This document shows, piece by piece, positions 13,186-25,946 of a DNA stretch of 64,000 nucleotides (its first letter is position 1; every line of letters starts with the position of its first letter). Source of the stretch: Octopus sinensis (Eukaryota); contig NC_043008.1 of assembly GCF_006345805.1 (NCBI RefSeq), positions 64,356,001-64,420,000 of the forward strand, in the 5' to 3' direction. The notes under the pieces were generated by a model. It worked only from the letters and a program-made list of their open reading frames with translations, was not told where the DNA came from and did not search any database. The position numbers and the translations under genes were made by a program.

Positions 13186-13380
13186 AGGTGGTGAGCTGGC
13201 AGAAGCATTAGCACACTGGGCAAAATGCTTAACTGCATTTCATTCATCTGAGTTCAAATTCTGCTGAGGTTGACTAGTCCTTTCATCCTTTTTAGGTTGA
13301 TAAAATAAATATCAGTTTGACACTGGGGTCGACTTACTCCCTCCCCTGAAATTGCTGGCTTTGTGCCAAAATTTGAAAAC
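13186..13380 (+). mobile_element. SINE family A copy
   Basis: AAGGTGGTGAGCTGGCAGAAG...GAGTTCAAATTCTGCTGAGG...GCTGGCTTTGTGCCAAAATTTGAAA. Confidence 0.75.
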
Positions 13381-13605
13381 AATATTACAACATTTTCTTA
13401 TGACAGTCAATAATCAACACCACCATATAATCACCACACAATACTATCTTATTAGTAATTTCAGAACATTGTTTTTATTAGAATCACCACACAGCATTAC
13501 CTTATTGCACTCACCCCACAGCACTACCTTATAACATCCATTACTCAATACTGCTTTATTAGTAACTTCACATTTTCTAATTAAGGTGATATTCAGTAAC
13601 AATAC

Positions 13606-14187
13606 TTTAAAGTAAAGACTATTTGCCAACATAATTTGGCAGTCCTGGATGGGATGGTTGTTACTGTTGTTTAGCACCAGGAAACTTCATTTCCAGCTGG
13701 CTATATGACACAATATCTGTGTCCTTATATTTTCAAACAGGGGAGCTCAGCACCCCATCCAGCACAAAGCAACATTTGTGAACCTGTTTCTGGGTTATTG
13801 CCCTTTCTTGGCACAGAGTAGTTGCTTGTCTTTACTTAAAGTAGTCTTTACTTTAAAATACTATCACTGAATATTTCACCTTGAGAGATTTAGAAATAAT
13901 GGTTCTACTTATTAGATCAGTGACTGTGTGTCACTTTGAAAATTATATATTTTCGAATGGGAATTCAGCAGTGTTGTCTAGTCAAATAGCTACTCTGTGC
14001 TGAGAAAGGGTAATAAATCAGAAACTGGTCCACAGATATTGCTTTCAGCTGGATGGAGGTGTTGATCTACCCTGTTCAAAATATAAGAGCACAGATATTG
14101 TGTCGTATAGCCAGCTGGAAACGAAGTTTCCTGGGGTTAATCAGCAGTAACAATCATCCCATCCAGGACTGTTGGCAAATAGTCTTT
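13606..14187. mobile_element. Foldback element with ~210-bp imperfect inverted arms
   Basis: 13614-13830 aligns by eye to the reverse complement of 13980-14187 (AAAGACTATTTGCCAACA...TGTTGGCAAATAGTCTTT); short spacer. Confidence 0.7.
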
Positions 14188-14751
14188 CTTTTCTTATTAG
14201 TCACACACAACATCACCTTATTACAGTCATCAGTCAATATTGCCCTATTAAGTCACTACACAGCACTGCCTTATTACAAGCAACGCAGAGAACTATTTTA
14301 TTAGTAATTTTATATTTTCTTTTTATGCTCTCCACATTACATTCACCAGACTATGTTGCCTTATTGCAATCACTACATAATACTGTCTTATTACCACACC
14401 CACACAACACTGCTTTATTACAGCCATTACACAACACTGCCTTAATAGTACTTTAACAACATTTTCTTATTAAAGTCGCACACAACACTGCCTTATTAAA
14501 TTCATCAGATAATATTGCATTATTACAGTCACCACACAATAATACCTTATTACAGCTACACTATGCCACACCGCCTTACTACAAATACCACATAACACCA
14601 CCTAATTAATAACATCATAAAAATTTCGTATTTAAGCCACCACAAAACACCACGTTTTAGTAAATTCAAAGCACTTTCTTATAACAGTCTCTATACAACA
14701 ATCTTTTATTACAGGTACCATACGATGATGCCTTGCTACAGCAGTTACATT

Positions 14752-15000
14752 CATCATTATGGTTTAAAGTCCGCTTTCCATGCTAGCATGGGTTGGACGG
14801 TTCAACTGGGGTCTGGGAAGCCAGAAGACTGCACCGGGCCCAGTCTGATCTGGCAGTATTTCTACAGCTGGATGCCCTTCCTAACGCCAACCACTCCGTG
14901 AGTGTAGTGGGTGCTTTTTATTTGCCACCGGCACAGGTGCCAGACGAGGCTGGCAAACGGCCACGATCGGATGGTGCTTTTTACATGCCACCGGCTCTCT
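14752..15000 (-). mobile_element. RTE 3'UTR-derived fragment
   Basis: Near-identical to 400-620 (CCATGCTAGCATGGGTTGG...CCACTCCGTGAGTGTAGTGGGTG). Confidence 0.8.
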
Positions 15001-15425
15001 TATTACATTCCACACACATACAAACATATCTGAGTCCCCACACATCACAGCTTCATTATAATCACCACACTAAGTTATCCTGTTGCTATATCACACAAAG
15101 CTGCCTTATTAGAGCCCACACATAATACTCCCTTAATTCAGTCACCATGTAACATTATTATTTGTCATTACATGAACCACAAAGCATAGCACTGTCACAG
15201 CTATCCCACAGCATTACTTCATTATAATGCAGAATGTAATTCAATACATCTCCATTTGTGTGGGATGAAACCGAAATGTACTGTAGTGAATAGAATTTGG
15301 GAATAATAAATTAACAGCATCTGTGTGATAAATAGATAAAATTTGAATAAATAAATATTGAGGATGTGTGTGTATTCAGTTAGAAATGTTATGCTTGTTG
15401 AGAGGACAGCCTCTCCCTCTGGTCA

Positions 15426-16915
15426 TTAGAGAAGTAGAGGAGGAGGAAAAGGAGGAGGAAGAAGAAGAGGAGGAGGAGGAGGAGGAGGAGGAAGAAGAAG
15501 AAAAAGAATAGGAGGAGGAGGAAGAAGTGAAGGAAGAAGAAGAAGAAGAAGAAGAGGAGGAGGAGAAGAAGAAGAAGAAGGAGGAGGAGGAAGAAGAGGA
15601 GGAAGAAGAAGAGGAGGAGGAGAAGAGAAGGAAGAAAAGAAGATAAGAGGAGGAGGAGGGGGAGAAGAGAAGAAGATGAAGAGGGAGAGAGGGGGGGGAG
15701 GAGAAGAAGAAGAAGAAGAAGATGAAGAGGAGAAGTGGAGGAGAAGGAAGAAGAAGAAGAAGGAAAGGAGGAGGAGTGGGGAGAGAGAAGAAGAAGATTG
15801 AAGAGGAGGAGGAAGAGGAGGATGAGAAGAGAAGAAGAAGAAGAGGAAGAGGAGGAAGTGGGGGAGAAGAGAAGAAGAAGAAGAAGAAGAAGAAGAGGAA
15901 GTGGGGGAGAAGAGAAGAAGAAGAAGAGGAAGTGGGGGAGAAGAGAAGAAGAAGAAGATGAAGAAGAGGAGGAAGAGGAGGATGAGAAGAGAAGAAGAAG
16001 AAGAGGAAGAGGAAGTGGGGGAGAAGAGAAGAAGAAGAAGAAGAAGAAGAGGAGGAAGTGGGGGAGAAGAGAAGAAGAAGAAGAAGAAGAAGAGGAGGAA
16101 GTGGGGGAGAAGAGAAGAAGAAGAAGATGAAGAGGAGGAGGAAGAGGAGGATGAGAAGAGAAGAGAAGAAGAGGAAGAGGAAGTGGGGGAAGAGAAGAAG
16201 AAGAAGAGAAGAAGAGGAGGAAGTTGGGGAGAAGAGAAGAAGAAGATGAAGAGGAGGAGAAGTGGGGGAGAAGACAAGAAGAAGAAGAGGAAAGAAGTGG
16301 GGGAGAGAGAAGAAGAAGAAGGTAATAGGAGGAGGAAGAGGATGATGAGAAGAAGAAGAAGGAGAGGAAGAGGAAGAGTGGGGAGAAGAAGAAGAAGAAG
16401 AAGAAGAAGAGAAGAAAGTGGGGGAGAAGAGAAGAAGAAGATGAGAATGATGAAGAGGAGGTAGAAGAGGAGATGAGAAATAAAGAAGAAGAAAAAGGAG
16501 GTAGGGAAGTTGTGGGGAGAAGAGAAGAAGAAGAAGAAGAAAGAAGAAGAAGAGAAGAGGATAAGTGGGGAGATGAGAAGAAGAAAGAAGAAGAAGAGGA
16601 AGTGGGGGAGAAGAGAAAAAGACAGATGAAGAGGAGGAGGAAGAGGAGGATGAGAAATAGAAGAAGAAGAAAAGGAAGAGGAAGAGGAGAAGAGAAGAAG
16701 AAGAAGAGGAGGGGTAGAGAGGAAGAAGAAGAAGGAGAAAAGAAGGAGGGAGGAAGAAGAAGAAAAGAAGAAGAAGAAGATGAAGAAGAAGAAACTCAGT
16801 ATTTTAAGTAGGAAAAAAAAGGATGGGAGGAGGGGGAGGAGAGGAAGAAGAAGAAGGAGAAGAAGAAGGAGGAGAAGAAGAAGAAGAAGAAGAAACTCAG
16901 TATTTTAGTAAGAAA
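15426..16915. repeat. 1.5-kb polypurine (GAA/GAG) array with higher-order GGAAGTGGGGGAGAAGA units
   Basis: Plus strand almost entirely A/G; the recurring GTGGGG-containing spacer is seen more than 10 times. Confidence 0.95.
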
Positions 16916-17206
16916 AAGGATGAGACAAATTATTGTGACAGTTATGCCTTTCCAATGGACTTTAGTGTTGTATAGTGACTACTTCATACTGGTCTAGGAA
17001 GCCCTGATAAAGACCATGGGTTCCAAAATTCTTATTATGCTCTCCACACAGCATTGCCTTATTATATTCACCAGACAATATTGCCTTATTGCAATCACCA
17101 CACAAGTGTTGGTATGGTAATTTTACTCCAAGACATACTAATTTTTATTTGAATGTCTTTAACTGGAAATTGAAACTGGTGAGTGTATAAAGGCAATGTT
17201 GTGTGT

Positions 17207-17509
17207 TTGTTCCTTCTTTCTCAAGCCATGCCTGGCTCATAAGGGCCAGTTTCCCGGTTTCCTTGGCGTATAGGTTCTCCACCCGGATGGGACGCCAGTC
17301 CATCGCAGGTGAGCTGCAAGATGCAGAAGGAAAGGGTAAGAGAAAGTTGTGGCAAAAGAGTCAGCAGAAGTTCGCCATTACCTTCTGCCAGAGCTGCGTG
17401 GAACTTAGATGTTTCGCTCATAAACACACATATCGTCCGGTCTGAGATTCGAACCCGCGATCCCTCGACCGCAAGTCCGCTTCTTTAGCCACTAGGCCAT
17501 GTGCCTCCA
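17207..17509 (-). mobile_element. tRNA-derived SINE with V-domain-like segment and 13-bp target-site duplication
   Basis: Minus-strand head GGAGGCACATGGCCTAGTGG...GGTTCGAATCTC; CCTGCGATGGACTGGCGTCCCATCCGGG resembles the V-SINE core; CAATGTTGTGTGT at 17194-17206 and 17510-17522. Confidence 0.85.
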
Positions 17510-18284
17510 CAATGTTGTGTGTAGCTGTAATATAAAAAAAAAGGCTGTGAAATTACTAATAAGGCAGTGTTGTGTGATGGTTGTAATAAGGCAGTGTTGT
17601 GTGGTGGCTGTAATAAAGCAATATCGTAAAAAGGTAAAAATGGCTTTAACTGGAAATAGAAACTCTAATGACAGCATTAGCATTCTACAGACATATTTGT
17701 TACTCTACAGAATTTACTGCAATTCAGCTAAGAAGAAATATTTGTTTATTTTTTTTACATAGAACAACATAGTTTTAATTGGTTAGATAGAAAGTTAAAA
17801 GTTATGTCAATATCTCATAGATTACAGACATTTGGAGGCTAAAGAAAAAACGAAAGCATTAAGAACTTGAGATGATATTAGCAAAACATTAAAAATATAA
17901 TAACTAATCTTTATAAAGAAGCTTCTAGACTTTAGTGATACTATGATTTAACAGAATGAATGTCAGAGTAGGTAAACATTTGTTTATTCATTTAACTAAC
18001 ATGATATATCTTCCACATATTCCATTAATTAAATATTGGTCCCATGCATAGCAAAAATAAAATCTTTTCCATATTTCTATTCTATCGATCTGTCATAAGT
18101 TTATATTCATTTTCTTTCATTTTGTTTTATTCTACATCTCAACAGTCATGTAAGTATGTACAACTAATTCTGTAGTATGTAACACCTGTACGTGGGTTTT
18201 CGTTAACTTTGCCTTCAGGTTTCTGCTTTACTAACACAGGTTATTGCATACAAATGTATTACATACACACAAGTATACATACAT

Positions 18285-18350
<66 letters not shown>

Positions 18351-18401
18351 GTATGTATATATATATGTGTATATATATATATATAATATATATATATGTG
18401 T

Positions 18402-18485
<84 letters not shown>

Positions 18486-18568
18486 GTATATGTATATATG
18501 TACATACATATATATATATATATACACATGCATATATATATATGTGTGTGTGTGTAAGTGTGTGTGTA

Positions 18569-18800
18569 TCTCTTATATAAAATCCGTTTGTGTGTGTGTG
18601 TGTGTGTCTTCTCGGATTTCGGGTATCCTCCATCTGATTGCGCTCAAATTTGATATGTAGATACTGATGGTATCAGGGCGTGTATAAGTCTTGAAAAAAT
18701 TACAAAAATCGATTCCAGGTGAGAATGCAATCGATAAAGCCGCAGAAAATAGTTTTTCTTTGGAATAGAAAAAATGTCTATCCTTATTTCTTCTTTTGCT
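18569..18800 (+). mobile_element. Non-autonomous Helitron-like 5' end fragment
   Basis: A|TCTCTTATATAAAATCC followed by (GT)n and CTCAAATTTGATATG, typical of Helitron MITE 5' ends; no 3' end identified. Confidence 0.4.
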
Positions 18801-18926
18801 GGTGTCTCAGATTTATGTTAAATCAGTGTTTCTCAAAGGGGAGGCCTATGGAACGGTCGGACAAGTTGTTTTGAGAAAATTTGGTTTAAATATTCGACAA
18901 CTCAGCGGACGGGGGACGTTTTGCTC

Positions 18927-18962
<36 letters not shown>

Positions 18963-19274
18963 GCATAAAAAGTAAAAAAGTAAAAAGCAAAAGCGCCAAA
19001 AGGAAGAGCAAGTACGGTTAGGCAGCTTTTTAATCACTACAAATGTTTCGATACTTATTCTTCTTTTTTACTCTTTTACTTTTTACTTCCACACACGAGG
19101 AATACCTAAGACTAGAATTGGTAGCATACCATAAGAATACTACAAGCTATTTGGGAATTCTAAGGGTGAACGAGCTCTATTTTGTACTCTTATATGTTCT
19201 TAACAGAACATACCTCAACTATATACATGCATATATAGTGTGTGTGTGTGGGGTGTATATATATATATATATAG

Positions 19275-19306
<32 letters not shown>

Positions 19307-19314
19307 TATATATA

Positions 19315-19353
<39 letters not shown>

Positions 19354-19636
19354 TATATATATATTAGCTCATCACATTGGAGAATTACATTGAAGTATAG
19401 ACTCATAGAAGTATTTCTGCATATCTACATCATTATTAAAGAATGTATATAGTGAAAGATGATGCAGTTGTTAAAAATTTAAATGCTGTTACATTCGAAG
19501 AAGTCAAATTCACTTCCTGAGACACCAATATATTGTAAAGAAGTTTTTCCAGTCAACATCTATGTTATTTCAACTGATACATATCTGTACTCATGACCAA
19601 TGTGATTGTATGCGCACATGTACAAACACATATAAA

Positions 19637-19721
<85 letters not shown>

Positions 19722-19775
19722 ATATATATATACGTATATATATATACAATATATATATATACGTATATATATATA

Positions 19776-20760
19776 TTTTTTCATTTAAAAACCTTGACTA
19801 CTACAAAGATTCCTTTTCTTCCGCACCCAAATTATCACCAAGTATTGAACCCTAATTAAACAAATTTGACCACACTAGTACAAAAACCTTCCCCAAATTA
19901 ATGAAAACAAAAGAATAAAGAAACAAGGCATGGAAATGCAATTATAATTTTTACTAAAGAAAGTTTCTAATTTATATATATATATTATATTTTGTGAAAA
20001 TTGAGTTAGTATTTCTAAATTGAATTTTACCCTGTAAGTTTGGAATAATATTCCCTCATATTATTATTATCATATATATGTATATGGAGAGAGAGTGAGA
20101 CTTTTTGAAGTGATATACAGATATTGTATATTTAGAATAATAAGGTAGTCAGAATGTTGGATGATTATATGTATTTTTATTTACATTTTATTTATACTTT
20201 TAGTGCTCCATTACATTATCGGATTTATCAAAACGTGGTTTAACGTTAGATGTCTTGGCCATTTTATGTACAAAAAAATGTGGGGTTTCCCAAGAAAGGG
20301 AGAAGAAAGAAAAAAGAAATAAGAAAAATGTTGAGAAGGAGGGTGGGGGTGGGGTAAAGAGGCATGGCTCTTGTATTGGTATGGTCAGACATGTTTGTTT
20401 AATACTTAGTGATATTTTTGGGTAGGGAAGGAAAAGAATTTCTGCATTTGAATTTGTCATGGTTTTTAATTGGAAAACCAGATGTGTTTTTTGATTTTCT
20501 TCAGTAAAAATTATAATTGCATTTCCATGTCTTCTTTATTCTTTTGTTTTTACTAATTTGGGGAAGGTTTTTGTACTAGTGTGGTCAAATTTGTTTAATT
20601 AGGGTTCAATACTTGGTGATAATTTGGGTGGGGAAGGAAAGGAATCTCTGTAGTAGTCAAGGTTTTTAAATGAAAAATCAGATGTTTTTAACTTTCATCA
20701 GTAAAAGTATAATTGCATTTCCAAGTCTTGTTTTTTTATTCATTTATATTCATTAAAGAA
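19776..20760. repeat. Inverted and direct repeats flanking the Penelope element
   Basis: 19776-19955 is an imperfect reverse complement of 20503-20677; 20210-20330 matches the reverse complement of 22855-22960; 20480-20540 recurs at 20678-20740. Confidence 0.75.
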
Positions 20761-21199
20761 TGGTTGAATTGATGTGGTCAACTGTTTTGATTAAAATTCT
20801 TGATGTTTTCGATTTAGTTTTTTTTTTGGAAAGAGTGATTTTTGAGTACATTATACACTCACACAATAATTATATATATATATATATATATATATGTTTA
20901 TATATAAACACACGCATTCAAAGACATCTATATATGTACATGTTCAGATTTATGTACACATACACACACCATGCATACTTAAGAACACACTATGATTTTT
21001 AAAAAAACAGTTAATAAAAAATTCACCTCTGCGGCTAAATAAACTTGGGAAGTTTTGGTTATTTTAGCCACTACACTTGATTTTTGTCTGAGTATTTGCC
21101 CTTCAGATTGAAAAACGGAATTTAAAAAAAAGCAATACACAATGTTGTCTCAATTATATTTCCAAATTCAACTATTTCTGGCTGGGTGTTTTGTTTTGA

Positions 21200-22960
21200 A
21201 TATATTTTAAAGCTACAACCTCCAATTTTCTAAAGGAGAAAGCAAGACAAGTACAGAAGAGGAAGCACAGCTGTTCTTATAGAATTTCAGAATCTGGAGT
21301 GTTTTGTAAGATCCAACAACAATGTGGTAAAAAGGTTTTAGCAATGGTTTGAGATCATCTTTAACATATATACTATCAAATTCATATAGATTTCTCATAG
21401 GTGGAATTTCAAAAAATACATAGCTATATTAATTTTTATTGACTTTTTGTGAAGTATAGTTCCGTTATATTTTGGAATTTTGAATTTTCCTTCTCCACAT
21501 ATTTCTAAATGTTACCTTTTTTTCAGCTGTTTAATTTTGGTGAGAACTTCTATATGCTCCATTGGTTTTCGCATTATTATTATTTTTTTGTTAGTTTGAG
21601 TCATTCCTTGAGCATTTGTAGAAGGGGAAGATCTTGAAGTTTCCTTCTCCACATATTTCCAAATGTTTGCTCAGTGGAATTTTCTGTAGCTCCTCTTGTC
21701 GGATTTGTTGTCTGTGGATTCTTGCCCGTTGGCAAAGGGAATTATTGGTTTTGCCAATATAATTCTCCTTGCATTTGCGGCAAGTAATGTAGTATATAAA
21801 GTTTTGTGTCTTGCTGTTCATATTTGCATTTACTTTGAATAAGAATCCACTCTTAAATTTTATGTAGGTGTCCTCGTATATATATTTGTAGTTATTGTTG
21901 TTGCTGCATATGCAACACCCACTGTCTTCATATTCCTTTACGGAGAATCGGAGAATTCTGTTTCATTCTCTGATGTTTTGCCTTTTAAGGTTTTTTCCTG
22001 CCATTTACTGTTTCGTAGGTAGCTTTTGTCTATCAGTTTTCTCATTTGAGGGCTCTGTAAGAGTATTGGTAGGTTTGGTTGTATAACGTGGAAAATATTG
22101 GTTATTCCAGGGTTGTATGTGTTAATAAATGGCATAATATATTTCTTGCTTTTTTTCTTTTGGAGTCCTTAATTGTGTGATGTCTAGTTTTATTGCTTTT
22201 GAGATTCTATTTATTAGCTTCATGGGGTAATTTTGTTTTTGTAAGAAGATTTTGAGTTCATCAAGTCTAATTTGACCTGTTTGTGGGTCAGTTATTATGG
22301 TGCAGATGTGCCTTGCCATACTGTATGGGATGTTCCTGTTGATGAGTGAGGGGTGGCAGGAGTAGCTATTTAAATATTGGTGTGTCTCCGTTTTTTTTTT
22401 CTTTTGTAAAATGTGTCTGCTGTGACAGTGGAGTTGTGCATTTTGATGTGAATGTCTAGGAATGGTCGTTCATTGTAGCTCGTTTCTGTTGTAAATTTGA
22501 TAGATGTATGCAGTGTGTTGAGGTGTTGTGAAATGTTCGTAGGTCTTCTTTTGGTCTATCCCAAAAAATGAAGCGATCATCAAGGTAGCGCTTCCACTTT
22601 TTTGCGATGTTTTCCTTGAAGTTATGATCAAAGATTTTCCCTACTCCCTCGTAAAGTCTACCTTATAGGTAACTGTAACTAGGTTGGAATACAAGGGTGC
22701 AAATTTTGTACCCATAGCGATACCCTTTATCTGTCGGTATATCTTATTATCAAATCTGACGGTGTTTTCTTCTAGTACTAGATGAGTAGCTTTGGTAATG
22801 AAGTCTGTTTTGAAACGTTCATCTGTACATCTTCTGTGTTTCTCTCCCCATACAACTTGTTTCTTCTTTCTTCTCCCTTGCTTAGCAAACCCCACAATTT
22901 TTTACACATAAAAAGGCCAAGAAATCTAACTTTAAACCACTTTTTGATAAAGGCAATAAC
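21200..22960 (-). mobile_element. Decayed Penelope-like element (RT plus GIY-YIG endonuclease)
   Basis: Minus strand YRQIKGIAMGTKFAPLYSNL; KWKRYLDDRFIFW; HQYLNSYSCHPSLINRNIPYSMAR; ORF 21591-21821 NFIYYITCRKCKENYIGKT...RARIH (GIY-YIG); multiple frameshifts. Confidence 0.9.
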
Positions 22961-22969
22961 GGAAGAGGT

Positions 22970-23078
22970 GAGCAACGTGAAATGGAGTGTTTTGCTCAAG
23001 AACACAATGAATCACCCAGCCTGGGAATCAAGCCCGCGATCTAATGATCATGTGTACAACAGGCTAACCACTAGGCCA
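22970..23078 (-). mobile_element. tRNA/CORE SINE head fragment
   Basis: Minus strand TGGCCTAGTGGTTAG...TTGATTCCCAGG...GTGTTCTTGAGCAAAACACTCCATTTCACGTTGCTC; same family as 2462-2790. Confidence 0.65.
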
Positions 23079-23500
23079 AATACATTCACATAACGAGTAT
23101 ATAGAGGTACATTTTCCAGGAGGGCACAGCTCATGCACTCAGGTATAGTCGAGGCTCAGCCTAACCTCATCAAGAAGTAAGACACACCTATGATTACTTA
23201 GGGTAAACAATTACCCTGTAATTCTTCTGATGGATAATCCAAGTTTTGCTTCACTGGATCAAGAATATTTACAGGAGTGTATATCCTAAACATTTACAAC
23301 GAATATGGAGTCTTTATTTTCATTTTCATTTTTGCAGTTCATTATACAGCATGATTGATTTATGCTACAGACTTATGTTTTTGAGGCATATTCTGTATGC
23401 ATCAGAAAGAAATATATTTTGTATAAACAAATTATGCTGTAAAATTAACAGTAAAAATAAAAATTGAAAGAAAAGAGACGAAGATGTATCAGTCTTTGTA

Positions 23501-23531
<31 letters not shown>

Positions 23532-23539
23532 GGTAAAAG

Positions 23540-23820
23540 TGCATGGCTTAGTATTTTGGGCAATTGACGCAAGATTGTAGGGATATGAATTCAATTTGGC
23601 ATTAGCATATTGTATCCTTGAGCAAGACACTTTATATCACGTTGCTTCAGTCCTTTCAGCTACCAAAAATGAGCTGTACTTGTAATGTTAAGAGCCAGCC
23701 AGACTGATTCTCTCCGGGAACAGCCTTTAGAGTATACATGCCTGTGGAGTTCTCAGCCACTTGTGCATTAATTTTACAACCAGGCTGTTCCATTGATCGG
23801 ATTGGATTAACTGGAAACAT
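23540..23820 (+). mobile_element. Degraded CORE-like SINE
   Basis: CCTTGAGCAAGACACTTTATATCACGTTGC core; tail GTGGAGTTCTCAGCCACTT...GGCTGTTCCATTGATCGG shared with 39137-39519. Confidence 0.55.
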
Positions 23821-25045
23821 GCATTGATATAACCAGCAGAGTGCCAGTATATATATATATATATATATTATGTATATTATCTATGGGCATGTGTGTGTTG
23901 TACATTTATATGTGCATATATCTGTATGAGTATGTACATGTGCATTTATGCATGTGTTGCAGTTTATGTGCATGCATATATCTAATGTATACCACTTATC
24001 TTCAGTTTCATGGTTTATCTGGAGCTTACTTTGATGTTACTGACATCTCTTTACTTGTGAATGTAATATCGTTTTATTTTTATTGTTATTGTTATTAAAC
24101 TTGCCTTCTAGTTTGTGGTGACACCATGATGCTGTCCAGTGCTCCTTGCTTGCATTTAATTACTATTGAGATGACAGCTGAATAATTTATTGCAATATAT
24201 GTCATTAATAAAATTCCTGGCCAATAAAGCAATTATTGGACAAGTGCTGGAATAAAACTATCAATTCACTTCATTTATGAACATCATTATTACTGCTAAA
24301 ATGTTAGATTATTGGTTGTATTTTAAGTAACTCATATCCTCAGTTGGTATGCCTATGTACAACTTTTTCTAAATATTTATTTTTAGGATTCAAAGTGCAA
24401 CATTTGAAGGTCAAATTTACTTGTCAACCGTTCAAAATGCATGCTGAAATGGTCTGGTTATATAATTGTGTAATGTAACATTATTAATAAGCAAGTAAAT
24501 AACACTGCTATGAAAATGCGTGTTGTATAATTTGAATGACATCACCATTTTATTTTCATTTTTTAAACTATATTTTACACTGCATCAAATATATGGCACT
24601 TGTTGTTACATACACAGGATGTACAAAGTATTAAATACCTTTTAACAAGTTAATATTGCATTGTTTGATCTATCTTTTGACTAGCTTATAGATAACAAAT
24701 ATTACCAGTTTTCCTCTAGAGTACTCTGTTAGCCAATACTTCCTTGGGTGCTAATGAGTTCATTGCCAGGATCATCAATACATGCATGTAAGTATGCATG
24801 TAGGTAGGCAATGTGTGTATGTCTGTATACATGTATACAGAAACAGTTATATGTATGAAAGATCTAGAACAATGAATAAGAATAGATTGTCTTGCCCAAG
24901 GATAGAGTGCCTCATTCTGGCTAGAATTGACCTCATGGCATTTATCATCATGATTTCAACAATTTAACTACAAAACTCTGCACCTTCACAGTCTTAGATG
25001 CACCACATAAGAACAAAAACAGATGGAATGGTCACAGCTGGAATA

Positions 25046-25946
25046 CGTAATGATATCAAAAAGTTCCCAGACTACTTTTGTTTGATAAAAAATAACTTAT
25101 TCACCTAAATTCTAATGTCATCGCCTTCGAAATCGTTACCTTGCACAGCAGTACACGAGTCCCAGCGTTCCTTCCAATTTTGGAGTCCAGCCTGGAAGTT
25201 ATTTTCCGTAAGCGAATTGCAGACTTTCTGCGATTAACCCTGAATCTCAACAACAGTATTAAGTTGGATCCTTTGAACTACATTTTCATCTTGGGAAGAG
25301 ATGGAAGTCTGCAGGTACAAAATCTGATGAACAGAGTGAGTATGGAAGTGATACCATGTTGTTTTTGGCGATAAACTCATTAGTGAGGAGAGTTCGGTGA
25401 CAGGGTGCCTTGTCATTGGGAAGAATCCAATTCTTTGCACTCCACAGACCCAGTCGCATTCATTGAATGTCCTCCCTCTTCAAAACGTTGCAGTAGAACT
25501 CAAGCATGACGATCTGGCAATGGGGACAAATTCTTGATGCAAAATACCACATTTCCAGGAGTGACGCCGATGACCGGTCTTCCTTATTGCTCATCGTCTT
25601 CCAGGGACGTTTTTCTGCTTTCAAAGCACCTGTGCCTTACGAATTACTGCTTATAACTCATTGCTGCATCACTGTATACTTGGCAGAGCATGCTCAATGT
25701 CTCTGTACCAGACATCCCAAGTTTAGTACAAAAGTTCACGTTGATTCTTTGTTCATATCTGTAATAAAATCACAGAGTAAAGCATACATGTGATCACAAA
25801 AATACAATTTCAAAACTTGTGAAGTAAACACAGCAATGTCACTCAGCACACGGCCTTATGAAGATCACTACTCTCGTGACATACTTAGATTATTGGAAAA
25901 AAGGGACCTTTATATCTTTCTTATATAACTATTTTTTAAACACCTA
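25046..25946 (-). mobile_element. Internally deleted mariner (DD34D) relic
   Basis: Minus strand NFCTKLGMSGTETLSMLCQVYSD (N-terminus) and WILPNDKAPCH...EFIAKNNMV...SSDFVPADFHLFPKMK...NWKERWDSC (C-terminus); TIR remnant TA|CG..GATATCAAAAAGTTCCCAGACT. Confidence 0.8.

Larger units (their letters stand above)
12640..17630. repeat. Dispersed degenerate ~25-27-nt minisatellite (CACCACACAACACTGCCTTATTACAGT-like), interrupted by other repeats
   Basis: Units at 12640-12780, 13400-13600, 14190-14750, 15000-15230 and 17035-17105; reverse-complement units at about 17185-17630. Confidence 0.65.

Noticed and set aside
12640-15230. Regularly spaced repeats resembling a CRISPR array
   Set aside because: Degenerate tandem minisatellite without unique spacers, in eukaryotic DNA with no cas genes.
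15426-16811. Long poly-E/K/R or poly-S/L/P ORFs (up to 283 aa)
   Set aside because: Stop-free by composition of the purine array; no splice or start context.
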